A model generated the notes under the pieces. That model saw only the letters and a list, made by a program, of their open reading frames with translations, searched no databases and had not been told where the DNA came from. 40,510 nucleotides of DNA from the IMG/VR virus record IMGVR_UViG_3300025112_000051, positions 1 to 40,510 of that record; one strand, 5' to 3'. The position numbers and the translations under genes were made by a program. Positions 1-7,436 of this stretch are shown one piece after another. Origin of the DNA: a virus (Duplodnaviria > Caudoviricetes). Numbering within the stretch: the stretch's first letter is position 1; each line of letters opens with the position of its first letter.

Positions 1-879
1 TTGGCTGAGGCGCAGCCTGTCGAGGCAGTAGTGTCTGTTGTCTCGATTGAGGACGCGAAGAACCGCCTGTACGCCGCGCAGCAGGCTCTGTCTTCCTTGG
101 AGACAGCAGTGTCGCGCTGGGGCGACATGTCGGCTGCACGCGACAAGGCAACCGCCATGGAGGCCGACGTGTCCAGCTACAAGGCGCTGGCCTCAGCCTG
201 CTCGTCTGCTGTGGGCGCGCTCCTCGCCACGCAGACCAAGGCGTTCTGCGCCAAGGTGCAGCGCTATCTGCCCAAGGCGTGGGTGTTCCACGTCGAGCTA
301 TCTGAGGGTGGACGCCAGACGTTCCGCATGGGGCTGCTTCGCGGCGAGAAGCTGCACTGCGCACTCTCGGGTGTGGAGTGGGCAACGGTGACGACAGCTG
401 TGGCAGCAGCCACGGTAGAGAGCGGCGCTGCTGTGCTCGTGCCCGAAGACCGTGCATGGGATCCGCGCACGCTGAAGAGCGTGATGCAGGCCTTCGCCGC
501 GTTCCCTGGTCAGGTCGTCTTGGCCAGCACCACACGCCCCTCTGGCCGAGTGCCCAAGGGCTGGGACATGATCGACATGGACGCGTGGTTGAAGGCACAG
601 CAGACGGCTGAGGAGACTCAGCAGGAAGAGTCAAAGTCAGACGATCCCGCCGAGCTGCCCGCGCCGCCTGCGCCACCGGCACCGGTACAGTTCAGCAGTC
701 GTAGCAAGCGGCTACTGTCTGGCCTTGGGTTCGAGACAGACCAGATTGGACTCATGACAGCGCAGACGGCTGCTGAAGTCATCAAGGTGGGCCTACTGGC
801 CAACCAGGTGCGCGTCAACAGCGATGGCTCTTGGTCGTATCGAGGTGACTCACCGACCCTGTCCATGCCATCATCATGA
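1..879 (+). CDS. C-terminal part of Rad50/SbcC/SMC-like ABC ATPase (5'-truncated)
   Basis: Coiled-coil segment followed by ABC-signature-like LSGVE, Walker B/D-loop-like VLVPEDRAWD and terminal strand QVVLASTT; then a Pro-rich linker and a small extra domain. ORF is open from the window edge. Confidence 0.6.
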   Translation: MAEAQPVEAVVSVVSIEDAKNRLYAAQQALSSLETAVSRWGDMSAARDKATAMEADVSSYKALASACSSAVGALLATQTKAFCAKVQRYLPKAWVFHVELSEGGRQTFRMGLLRGEKLHCALSGVEWATVTTAVAAATVESGAAVLVPEDRAWDPRTLKSVMQAFAAFPGQVVLASTTRPSGRVPKGWDMIDMDAWLKAQQTAEETQQEESKSDDPAELPAPPAPPAPVQFSSRSKRLLSGLGFETDQIGLMTAQTAAEVIKVGLLANQVRVNSDGSWSYRGDSPTLSMPSS

Positions 880-882
880 ACC

Positions 883-1104
883 ATGAACTGTCCCCGCTGC
901 GGAGGCAAGACGCGCGTGTCCGACACACGCAGCGCCGAATCACCTGGTCGTCACCTCGACGTCAACGAGGCTCTGTCTTGGTACACACGAGACTGGGTAG
1001 GGCGCATCCGCGGATGCACCAAGTGCGACTGGCGGAAGCGAACAGTCGAGTTGGTGTTGGACGATCTGCTCGCCGGTTGGAAGCGTCGTCAGTATCGGAG
1101 GTAG
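883..1104 (+). CDS. NrdR-N/Ogr-like zinc-ribbon protein
   Basis: MNCPRCGGKTRVSDTR...RIRGCTKCDWRKRTVE matches the CxxC...R.R.CxxC...T.E pattern of the NrdR N-terminal Zn ribbon; no ATP cone follows. Confidence 0.7.
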   Translation: MNCPRCGGKTRVSDTRSAESPGRHLDVNEALSWYTRDWVGRIRGCTKCDWRKRTVELVLDDLLAGWKRRQYRR

Positions 1105-1379
1105 CAGAGATGAGCATCCGCGAACTGGTAGGTACCGTCGCGCGTGCATATCTCCACCGAGCCGCCACGGAAGTTGCTACCGGTTGCCACGGTCAGCTGA
1201 TCGATGGCGCTCTGGCGAGCCTCTGCCGAGTCGAACACGAGGTCCACAGGACCCGCCGTGCACATGACGAGCAGTGGATAGGTCAGAGCAGGCGTTGGCT
1301 TCGCCGCCTTCTTGGGAGCCGCTGGCTTTGCCGCTGCAGCTGGCTTCTTCGCCGGTGTTGTCTTCTTCGCAGTCGGCAT
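1089..1379 (-). CDS. Small protein with histone H1-like Lys/Ala/Pro-rich N-terminus
   Basis: MPTAKKTTPAKKPAAAAKPAAPKKAAKP then about 65 aa globular part; GAGGG RBS upstream; TATACT -10-like box at 1409-1414 (- strand). Confidence 0.65.
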   Translation of the reverse strand: MPTAKKTTPAKKPAAAAKPAAPKKAAKPTPALTYPLLVMCTAGPVDLVFDSAEARQSAIDQLTVATGSNFRGGSVEICTRDGTYQFADAHLCYLRY

Positions 1380-1427
1380 GTGACCCTCTACATGTTGGAG
1401 ACGTTCCCAGTATAACGCAGGGGCATC

Positions 1428-1457
1428 TTGACCGGCTGTCGAGGCTCCCGTTACAGT
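1428..1457 (+). promoter_or_regulatory. Sigma70-type promoter
   Basis: TTGACC (1428-1433), 18 nt, TACAGT (1452-1457), immediately upstream of the structured element at 1462. Confidence 0.5.
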
Positions 1458-1461
1458 GATC

Positions 1462-1548
1462 GAGCCTGTCGGGTTTGCGCAACTCGGCCCTCGGAGACGG
1501 GGAAGGGGCTCAAGGGATAGCGCCGCTCACTGGGGTGTGGGCGGCGCT
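1462..1548 (+). ncRNA. Putative structured RNA/leader: three-way junction plus 12-bp hairpin
   Basis: P1 1462-1467/1506-1511; P2 1468-1475/1481-1488; P3 1489-1493/1498-1502 closed by a GAGA (GNRA) tetraloop; then stem 1519-1530/1537-1548. All non-Watson-Crick pairs are G-U on the + strand. Confidence 0.55.
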
Positions 1549-1614
1549 TACTACCCGTGCGCCTTGGTACCCCCACCCACCTACAACCCCGCCCCTCCGA
1601 TCCCCGAGAATCTC

Positions 1615-3714
1615 ATGTCCGACGCTGCTACGCTCGACCCGCCTGCGCAAGAAGACGAGAATCCCACCGGAGAGGCACTGCTGAGGGGCTTACTGCAGAC
1701 GCTGCAGAGCGAAGCCTGCGACGACATCCCTGGCGTGTGGGCGCGGATGCAGGACCCTGATGTGATGGATGCGCTGGCTGCTGGGTGGTTGGAGGACGAG
1801 GCAACCATCCAGACCCTGCTGGCTGCGCTTGAGACGGTTCCCCGTTGTACCACCAGGACCCGCGCCCTCCGATCCGCGGTACAGCGCCTGGCGACCTCTC
1901 AGAGGCGCCGCAGGTCCACACAGATGGTGGACGACCTCGAAGACATGATGGACAGGCTGGTGACCGTCTCAGACAGCCTCGCGAACGGCTGCCCCCCAGC
2001 CAACCTGGTCGACCCGGCTCTGCTCGATCAGCTTCGCATCCCGCGGGGCTACCAGATGGACAACTCAGGCGTGTACCGCCTGGCAACCGCGGCGGACGGA
2101 GAGGTGGTCAGACATCGAGTCGCCTCCGCGCCTATCTTCGTGGCTGCGCGCTCGGTCAGCATCGACACTGGCGAGGCCAAGCGACAGGTGATGTGGCGTG
2201 GCGCCAGCGGTTGGTGCAGCCGAGTGACCGACCGCAGAACCATCCTCGATGTCCGCAGGATCATGGACCTGGCCTCGTTGGAGGCGCCCGTGAACAGCAC
2301 CATCAGCGCACAGCTGGTCGGCTTCATGGCGGACTACGAGGCAGAGAATGCCCATCGACTCCCTGCGTTCTGCACTGCTGACCACATGGGCTGGCTACCC
2401 GACGATGGCTTCCTGCTGCCAGACAGCCACTACCAGGGCAGCGACACCGAGTCTCGCTACACGCTGTCGCATGTGGAAGGGCTCAACGCGTTGGCACAGG
2501 GTTGGAAGACAGGGGGTAGCTGGGAGGGGTGGCTGGAGGCAGCCGAGATCGTGCGGGACTACCCCTACATGTTGATTGCCATCTACGCCTCGGTGACAGC
2601 GCCACTGCTGCACATCATCGGCATTCCCGGCTTTGTAGTCGACTTTGCGGGAGAGACCAGCGGCGGAAAGACGACGGCGCTGCGGATGGCCGCCTCTGTC
2701 TGGGGCAAGCCCGCAGACACGTATCCGACAGCGATGTACAGCTGGGACGCTACCAAGGTCTGGATCGAGAGGACTGCAGGGGCGCTGCACAGCTTGCCGC
2801 TCATTCTCGATGAGACCAAGCGAGCGAAGCACCCCCGCGTCGTGCGTGATGTCATCTACGACTTCTGCCAAGGACAGGGGCGTGGGCGAGGCTCGCTTGA
2901 CGGTACTCGTCAGACAGCTACCTGGCGCAGCATCCTGATCTCCTCTGGTGAAGGAGCTGCCACGAGCTTCAGCGAGGACGCAGGTACCAGAGCACGCGTG
3001 CTGACGCTGGCTGGCAAGCCGTTGGGCAAGGACGCCGCTGTCGGCGGAAAGGCCAGTGAGGAGCTTCAGCACATCGTGGCCGAGAATCATGGATGGCTGG
3101 GTCGGGCCTTCGTGCAGTACCTCACGGCCAACCGCGCGCAGTGGGACACCATTCGCGACGTCTACAAGAAGGTGCGCGAGCACTACGTCGAGGCGGCATG
3201 TACTGCAGTAGCTCGACGTCACGCTGCGCACTTGGCTGTGCTGGAGGTCACTGCACAGATACTGCAGAAGGTGGGCATGCCAGAGCCAAACGTCAACCCG
3301 TTCGATACGCTCCACGAGGCCATGATCAAGGCTGCAATGGACGCCAACAGGCCGCTGGCTGCGCTCGAAGACGTGGTCACCTGGTGCACCATGCACCAGA
3401 AGGAGTTCTGGATGCGTCACGCCATGTATGACGATGGCGAGCCAAAGGTACCCAACGGAGGTTGGCTGGGCAGCTGGAGCAACTGGGAGAGCTGGGAGTA
3501 CATCTCAATCTGCAGCGTCACGCTGCGCAAGCTGCTCTCAGACCTGGGCCACCACCCAGAAGAGATCATTCATCGATGGGGCAGTCGAGACTGGATCATG
3601 AAGAACAGCAAAGGCGGAACCACCAAGACCATCCGATTGGACGGTGCACCGACCCGCTGCATCTGCATTCTACGCGCTGCCATCGATGAGGCGATGCCCT
3701 ACGATGAGGTCTGA
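1615..3714 (+). CDS. DUF927-family replicative helicase/ATPase (Cch-like)
   Basis: Walker A GETSGGKTT in the context VVDFAG...AASVWGKP, Walker B LILDE, GQGRGR and SSGE motifs, NHGWLG, C-terminal winged-helix-like tail. Start placed at ATG 1615; the GTG at 1456 would run through the structured element. Confidence 0.8.
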   Translation: MSDAATLDPPAQEDENPTGEALLRGLLQTLQSEACDDIPGVWARMQDPDVMDALAAGWLEDEATIQTLLAALETVPRCTTRTRALRSAVQRLATSQRRRRSTQMVDDLEDMMDRLVTVSDSLANGCPPANLVDPALLDQLRIPRGYQMDNSGVYRLATAADGEVVRHRVASAPIFVAARSVSIDTGEAKRQVMWRGASGWCSRVTDRRTILDVRRIMDLASLEAPVNSTISAQLVGFMADYEAENAHRLPAFCTADHMGWLPDDGFLLPDSHYQGSDTESRYTLSHVEGLNALAQGWKTGGSWEGWLEAAEIVRDYPYMLIAIYASVTAPLLHIIGIPGFVVDFAGETSGGKTTALRMAASVWGKPADTYPTAMYSWDATKVWIERTAGALHSLPLILDETKRAKHPRVVRDVIYDFCQGQGRGRGSLDGTRQTATWRSILISSGEGAATSFSEDAGTRARVLTLAGKPLGKDAAVGGKASEELQHIVAENHGWLGRAFVQYLTANRAQWDTIRDVYKKVREHYVEAACTAVARRHAAHLAVLEVTAQILQKVGMPEPNVNPFDTLHEAMIKAAMDANRPLAALEDVVTWCTMHQKEFWMRHAMYDDGEPKVPNGGWLGSWSNWESWEYISICSVTLRKLLSDLGHHPEEIIHRWGSRDWIMKNSKGGTTKTIRLDGAPTRCICILRAAIDEAMPYDEV

Positions 3715-3720
3715 ACCAGG

Positions 3721-3749
3721 TTGACATAGACCATCCCTGAGACTACCCT
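3721..3749 (+). promoter_or_regulatory. Sigma70-type promoter of XRE gene
   Basis: Perfect TTGACA (3721-3726), 17 nt, TACCCT (3744-3749); GGGAGG RBS follows. Confidence 0.65.
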
Positions 3750-3765
3750 GGCAATAGGGAGGCAT

Positions 3766-4056
3766 GTGATGCCAAGCGCATTCAGCAACGTCATCGAGCG
3801 ACATCGTAGGTACCGAGGGTGGAGCATCGCGGAGCTGGCTCGGAGAGCTGAGCTGACGCAGCCCGAGGTGAGCCGCCTGGTAAACGACGTGCGCACACCG
3901 ACGCTGCGGCATGTGCAAGGTCTCGCAGAGGCGCTCTCGGCCTCCGCGAGGAAGCAGCCCGAAGGACCCACGAGCTACGACGAGTGGGTAGCTCTGCTTG
4001 TCGACCTGGGCCAAGAAGCCCGCCGCGCTGCCCGCGAGGCCAGGCGAGCCAGCTGA
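3766..4056 (+). CDS. XRE/Cro-CI family helix-turn-helix regulator
   Basis: RRYRGWSIAELARRAELTQPEVSRLVNDVRTPTLRHVQGLAEAL is a typical HTH_3 pattern; strong RBS. Confidence 0.85.
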   Translation: MMPSAFSNVIERHRRYRGWSIAELARRAELTQPEVSRLVNDVRTPTLRHVQGLAEALSASARKQPEGPTSYDEWVALLVDLGQEARRAAREARRAS

Positions 4057-4060
4057 CGGC

Positions 4061-4429
4061 TCAGTCGTAGTTCAGCTTGACGATGACAGCAGACCCCGGA
4101 CTGCCTGTACCTGCTGTCCCTGCACTGTTTAGGCAGGCGAGGATCACGCCTGTCCCAAATGCGATTCCCTGGTCGAACTGGTAGGTCACCTTGGTAGATG
4201 CTTGGGCCTTCAGGATCACGTCAGGGTCTGTAGTCCCCACCGTTACACTTCCAGTCACATTGTCATAGAGCTTCACAAAGCTGTTGACCGAGTTGGCTGT
4301 GTTGTTGATCTCTATTGCGTACAGGGTCGATGCGGCTGTAGCTACAACCGACTTCGTTGAAGATGCAGAAGTTTCCTTTGCAAACTTCGTCCCGAACCGG
4401 GTGGTGAGAGTCTTTGTCGACAGAGCCAT
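4061..4429 (-). CDS. Small beta-rich virion/decoration protein (paralog A)
   Basis: Start MALSTK with GGGAG RBS; Thr/Ser/Gly-rich beta pattern; aligns by eye with the neighbouring gene. Confidence 0.6.
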   Translation of the reverse strand: MALSTKTLTTRFGTKFAKETSASSTKSVVATAASTLYAIEINNTANSVNSFVKLYDNVTGSVTVGTTDPDVILKAQASTKVTYQFDQGIAFGTGVILACLNSAGTAGTGSPGSAVIVKLNYD

Positions 4430-4442
4430 GTGCTTGTTCTCC

Positions 4443-4826
4443 CTACGCCCCGGCCTTGACCACAGCGATAACGAGGGCTCCACCAGTTACCGCACCGCCT
4501 GCTGGTGTGCCTGCGGCGTTGGAGAAGACCCACGAGATAGCGTTTGTGGACGTGATGCCTTCAGCAATAGTCACGACTTGACGCTGGGCACCTGCTATCG
4601 GGATTGCAATATCAGGTGCGTCCGTCCCAACCACTGGTGCGGCACTGTCATAGATCTTCAACCAACCCTTAGCTGAAGCATGGTTGTTTGTGACATCGAG
4701 CACCATGATCGTGGCGTTTGAGCCCACAAGGTTGTTGTCAGCCGCAACGGTGCTTGTGTTGAGAGCTGTGTTCTTGACCATTTGAGACGACAGTCGGGCA
4801 AGTGGTAGGGTGGCACTGAAAGCCAT
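4443..4826 (-). CDS. Small beta-rich virion/decoration protein (paralog B)
   Basis: Start MAFSAT with GGAG RBS; shares K[LI]YD...VGT..PD and G[IV]..SAGT/NAAGT motifs with 4061-4429. Confidence 0.6.
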   Translation of the reverse strand: MAFSATLPLARLSSQMVKNTALNTSTVAADNNLVGSNATIMVLDVTNNHASAKGWLKIYDSAAPVVGTDAPDIAIPIAGAQRQVVTIAEGITSTNAISWVFSNAAGTPAGGAVTGGALVIAVVKAGA

Positions 4827-4847
4827 GGTCAATCTCCGGGTACGCTG

Positions 4848-4876
4848 ATTCTACTTTGTCTCGGACGAGGCATCAA
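4848..4876 (-). promoter_or_regulatory. Sigma70-type promoter for the paralog pair
   Basis: On - strand TTGATG (4876-4871), 17 nt, TAGAAT (4853-4848), overlapping the upstream stop codon. Confidence 0.5.
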
Positions 4877-5126
4877 CTCGCTCGACAGGAACTGACTCCG
4901 TCACAGCGACTGGAGCCTGCAGCTCTTCGAGGCGTGTTCGGATCTCAGTGAGGCTGGCATTGAGCTGAGTAGCCTGTTCTACAGCAGAGACAGACTGCTC
5001 AACGGAGACGGCAACTGCGTTCTCTTCCACCTGTGCGACAGCCGATGCCGACGGCACTGGGTCCTGCAGCACCGTCGTGTCGGGGTCAGTCGCCAGGGCT
5101 AAGGAGAGACAGAGCAGAGCGGTCAT
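4851..5126 (-). CDS. Secreted coiled-coil protein (lysis cassette)
   Basis: GAGGT RBS; short signal peptide MTALLCLSLALA; heptad segment LNASLTEIRTRLEELQ. Confidence 0.5.
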   Translation of the reverse strand: MTALLCLSLALATDPDTTVLQDPVPSASAVAQVEENAVAVSVEQSVSAVEQATQLNASLTEIRTRLEELQAPVAVTESVPVERVDASSETK

Positions 5127-5133
5127 GACTACC

Positions 5134-5334
5134 TCACTGAGTGGTTCGGGGGGCGATGGTGTCCAGTACTGAGATAATAACCTCCGTCTGCCGGTTGGCC
5201 TGCTCCAGCTGAAGCTGAATCTCAGCAAGCTCGACCTTCACGTCCAGCACGAACTTCGCGAGGCCGAGAACGGCTGCGCTCACGAGTCCCGTCATTACCT
5301 TGTGCAACAGGTCCCAGGTCTGGTCTCTACTCAT
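5134..5334 (-). CDS. Single-TM coiled-coil protein (holin/lysis accessory-like)
   Basis: Hydrophobic VMTGLVSAAVLGLAKFVL followed by an amphipathic coil; ATGA overlap with the upstream gene. Confidence 0.55.
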   Translation of the reverse strand: MSRDQTWDLLHKVMTGLVSAAVLGLAKFVLDVKVELAEIQLQLEQANRQTEVIISVLDTIAPRTTQ

Positions 5335-5720
5335 TTCGCACCCCCTTTGCGCGTGATCTCTTTGAGCTTGGCCTCCTCATAATGGCGGCGCATCTCGCCC
5401 AATCCCGTATCGATCATCAGGTGAATCTCTTGCAGCTTGGACGCCATCAGGTCCTTTGTCTCTGAGTGTCTCTCCTGGTATTCCTTCAGCACAGAGTCGT
5501 ACCGTTCTCTCAGGGCATCCTCTCGTGCTTCGTACTTGTCGGACAGCTCTGTCAGGCGCTCATCGAACTTGGCCTGTGTCTTCTCGGCACGCTCAGCCCC
5601 AACACGCTGGTCCTCGTGCTGCCTCCGGGTCATAGTCAGATGCTGCCAGACCATGAACGCGGCGAACAAGCCCAGCGCTCCATAGTCGAGCAGGGTATTG
5701 AGAAGTGCGTCAGTCATCAT
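5331..5720 (-). CDS. BhlA/UviB-like holin
   Basis: LLDYGALGLFAAFMVWQ N-terminal TM then charged coiled coil (EAREDALRERY), the BhlA/UviB layout; tandem Met-Met start. Confidence 0.55.
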   Translation of the reverse strand: MMTDALLNTLLDYGALGLFAAFMVWQHLTMTRRQHEDQRVGAERAEKTQAKFDERLTELSDKYEAREDALRERYDSVLKEYQERHSETKDLMASKLQEIHLMIDTGLGEMRRHYEEAKLKEITRKGGAK

Positions 5721-6120
5721 CCACCTGTTGAAGCGCCCACCCAGCGCCAACAGTCACTACTACCCCACCGATGAGCCCGACGGCAACGTGAACACCGGGG
5801 CGTTGCACAACCGGTTGTGATTGGCGCTCCAAGTCGAGCATCTGCTGAAGCTGATCTGTCCGCCACTGTTCCATCTCCAGCTTCGACTCCAGCTGCGCCG
5901 TGTCGATTCGGTACCGAGCTTCAAGATGCTCGGACCACGTCTCAATGGCGTACAGGTCAGCAGCAACCGAGAGAGGGAGCGCCACAGCGGCACACTCGTG
6001 GTTGTCGCGACCTGGGGTCACCGAGTATGCCTCTGGACACTCCCCGTCGACGGGTGAAGGTGGTGCAGGTTTTGCTGGCGGCTCAAGGGCAAGTGCTGTG
6101 CTGACCAGCCACCAGATCAT
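5710..6120 (-). CDS. Signal-peptide protein with coiled coil and C-terminal TM (spanin-like)
   Basis: MIWWLVSTALA signal, Pro-rich linker, two Cys, coiled coil, C-terminal hydrophobic VAVGLIGGVVVTVGAGWAL; no lipobox. Confidence 0.55.
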   Translation of the reverse strand: MIWWLVSTALALEPPAKPAPPSPVDGECPEAYSVTPGRDNHECAAVALPLSVAADLYAIETWSEHLEARYRIDTAQLESKLEMEQWRTDQLQQMLDLERQSQPVVQRPGVHVAVGLIGGVVVTVGAGWALQQVDDD

Positions 6121-6398
6121 CGCTTCCTCTGGTTGATCATATCAGCAAGCGCATCCCCATCGCCGGACTCCAGCACCTCTTTGACCTCTGCCTGCGCGAC
6201 CTCTGCCTGCCGGTCGACCTCTGCCCGAGCCACCTCGATAGCCTCATCAGGTGTTGGAGGATCGAGTTTTGTCTGCTGCTTCTTCGACACCCTCCGCCAG
6301 CCAAACCTCGCACCCATGGCCACGAGCGCAGCACTCAGCAAACCAGCGACCACGGCGATGATGACCGAGGCCAGGTCGGTGAGAGCCACATCAGCCAT
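6117..6398 (-). CDS. N-terminal TM plus helical domain (i-spanin/Rz-like or holin)
   Basis: Long hydrophobic helix followed by basic residues and an Ala/Glu-rich helix; lies downstream of the endolysin. Confidence 0.55.
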   Translation of the reverse strand: MADVALTDLASVIIAVVAGLLSAALVAMGARFGWRRVSKKQQTKLDPPTPDEAIEVARAEVDRQAEVAQAEVKEVLESGDGDALADMINQRKR

Positions 6399-6627
6399 CG
6401 GCGGCGTTCAGCACCAGATCCACGAGTACATCGATGATGATCCCCAGTAGCTGGCTCTCTTGTCGCTCGTTCAAAAACGGGATGTCGAGCTTCTCATTGA
6501 CCAGATCAACAACCCACTCGCGCTTCTCAGCGCCTGAGCCTGCGTCTGGGAACAGCACCTCTGCCATACAGATTGCCTGCTTGAGCAACTTGCCCAGGTC
6601 CTTGAGCCGTACCTTTCGCTTTCCCAT
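6391..6627 (-). CDS. LL-H-holin-like small protein
   Basis: AEVLFPDAGSGAEKREWV resembles the AE...G.EK motif of LL-H family holins; directly after the endolysin; no clear N-terminal TM. Confidence 0.45.
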   Translation of the reverse strand: MGKRKVRLKDLGKLLKQAICMAEVLFPDAGSGAEKREWVVDLVNEKLDIPFLNERQESQLLGIIIDVLVDLVLNAADG

Positions 6628-6628
6628 G

Positions 6629-7204
6629 TCAATCTTCCTCAATCAGTGTGTATGTGAATGTCTTGAACCCACGCTTGTCGATCTGCGTGTGCGCCAGCAG
6701 GATTAGCTCAGCATAGTCGCTGGGGTCTGCAATGACCTGGCAGCCTGCGCTCCACTTCTCTACCGGCACGCTCTTCCGTTTCGAGTTGGCCCGATGGATG
6801 TTGATGCCAAAGTAGCCCTCCTCGATAGTGTCGGCGCTTGTGTCCAGAATCTCATCCTTGTTGCTGTCCCTGAAGACCTTGACCTTTCCGCTCTGGCAGA
6901 GCGCCTCGTAGCGGCCTCGGTGCTTACCGAGCCGATAGGCGCCTCGGTACTGCCCTGGCGCCAGGATGGCCGTGCCAGACACACGTGAGGGGTTCTCAAG
7001 CCAGTAGGCACCAGGGTCAGTGGTGCAGGGCCAGTATCGAGTGACCCACCGCCCACCTTCTTTGTAGGTGCAGGTCATCAGGTCATCGAACTCGTTGGCT
7101 TCACGCCCTTTGGAGCGGATGCCAATCAGGTTCAGATCGTAGTCGCCATTAGTGAAAACTGCGTATCCGTAGCCCGCCACCTGCTGTAGGAGCGGAGGCA
7201 GCAT
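6629..7204 (-). CDS. Endolysin candidate with L,D-transpeptidase (YkuD-type) catalytic motif
   Basis: GINIHRAN...WSAGCQV gives the H-x(n)-S-x-G-C signature; also TTDPG and PGQY motifs; heads a run of membrane-protein genes; GAGGTG RBS. Confidence 0.7.
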   Translation of the reverse strand: MLPPLLQQVAGYGYAVFTNGDYDLNLIGIRSKGREANEFDDLMTCTYKEGGRWVTRYWPCTTDPGAYWLENPSRVSGTAILAPGQYRGAYRLGKHRGRYEALCQSGKVKVFRDSNKDEILDTSADTIEEGYFGINIHRANSKRKSVPVEKWSAGCQVIADPSDYAELILLAHTQIDKRGFKTFTYTLIEED

Positions 7205-7232
7205 CAATCACCTCTCGCTCAACTTAGCCATA

Positions 7233-7433
7233 TCAACCTCCCGCCAGGTCAACGATCTGCTGTAGGGTTAGCTCCTCGTCAAACTCAGAGTCACTGAGGT
7301 ATCTGCCACCACGGTCATCTGGTGCGTAGACGCACTTCTCGAAATCCTTGAGCCCGATCCATTGGTTGCCCTGGTCGTCGGTCCAGACCAGCATTGTCTT
7401 TGTCATCCAGTCCTGTGCCTCTGCTTCAGTCAT
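7233..7433 (-). CDS. Hypothetical acidic protein
   Basis: 66-aa ORF packed tightly in the operon between 7437 and 7204. Confidence 0.5.
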   Translation of the reverse strand: MTEAEAQDWMTKTMLVWTDDQGNQWIGLKDFEKCVYAPDDRGGRYLSDSEFDEELTLQQIVDLAGG

Positions 7434-7436
7434 TAG

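Noticed and set aside
1462-1511. Known ribozyme or tRNA identity for the junction RNA
   Set aside because: No hammerhead CUGANGA/GAAA core, no T-loop or CCA, and no HDV-type pseudoknot that I could build.
1456-1614. N-terminal extension of the helicase from GTG 1456
   Set aside because: Start lies in the -10 box, lacks an RBS and crosses the structured element; the translation is low-complexity.
2395-3420. 341-aa - strand ORF
   Set aside because: Antisense shadow of the DUF927 gene, common in GC-rich DNA; no motifs.
4046-4062. GAGCC/GGCTC hairpin at the convergent gene junction
   Set aside because: Only 5 bp with no U tract; too weak to call a terminator.
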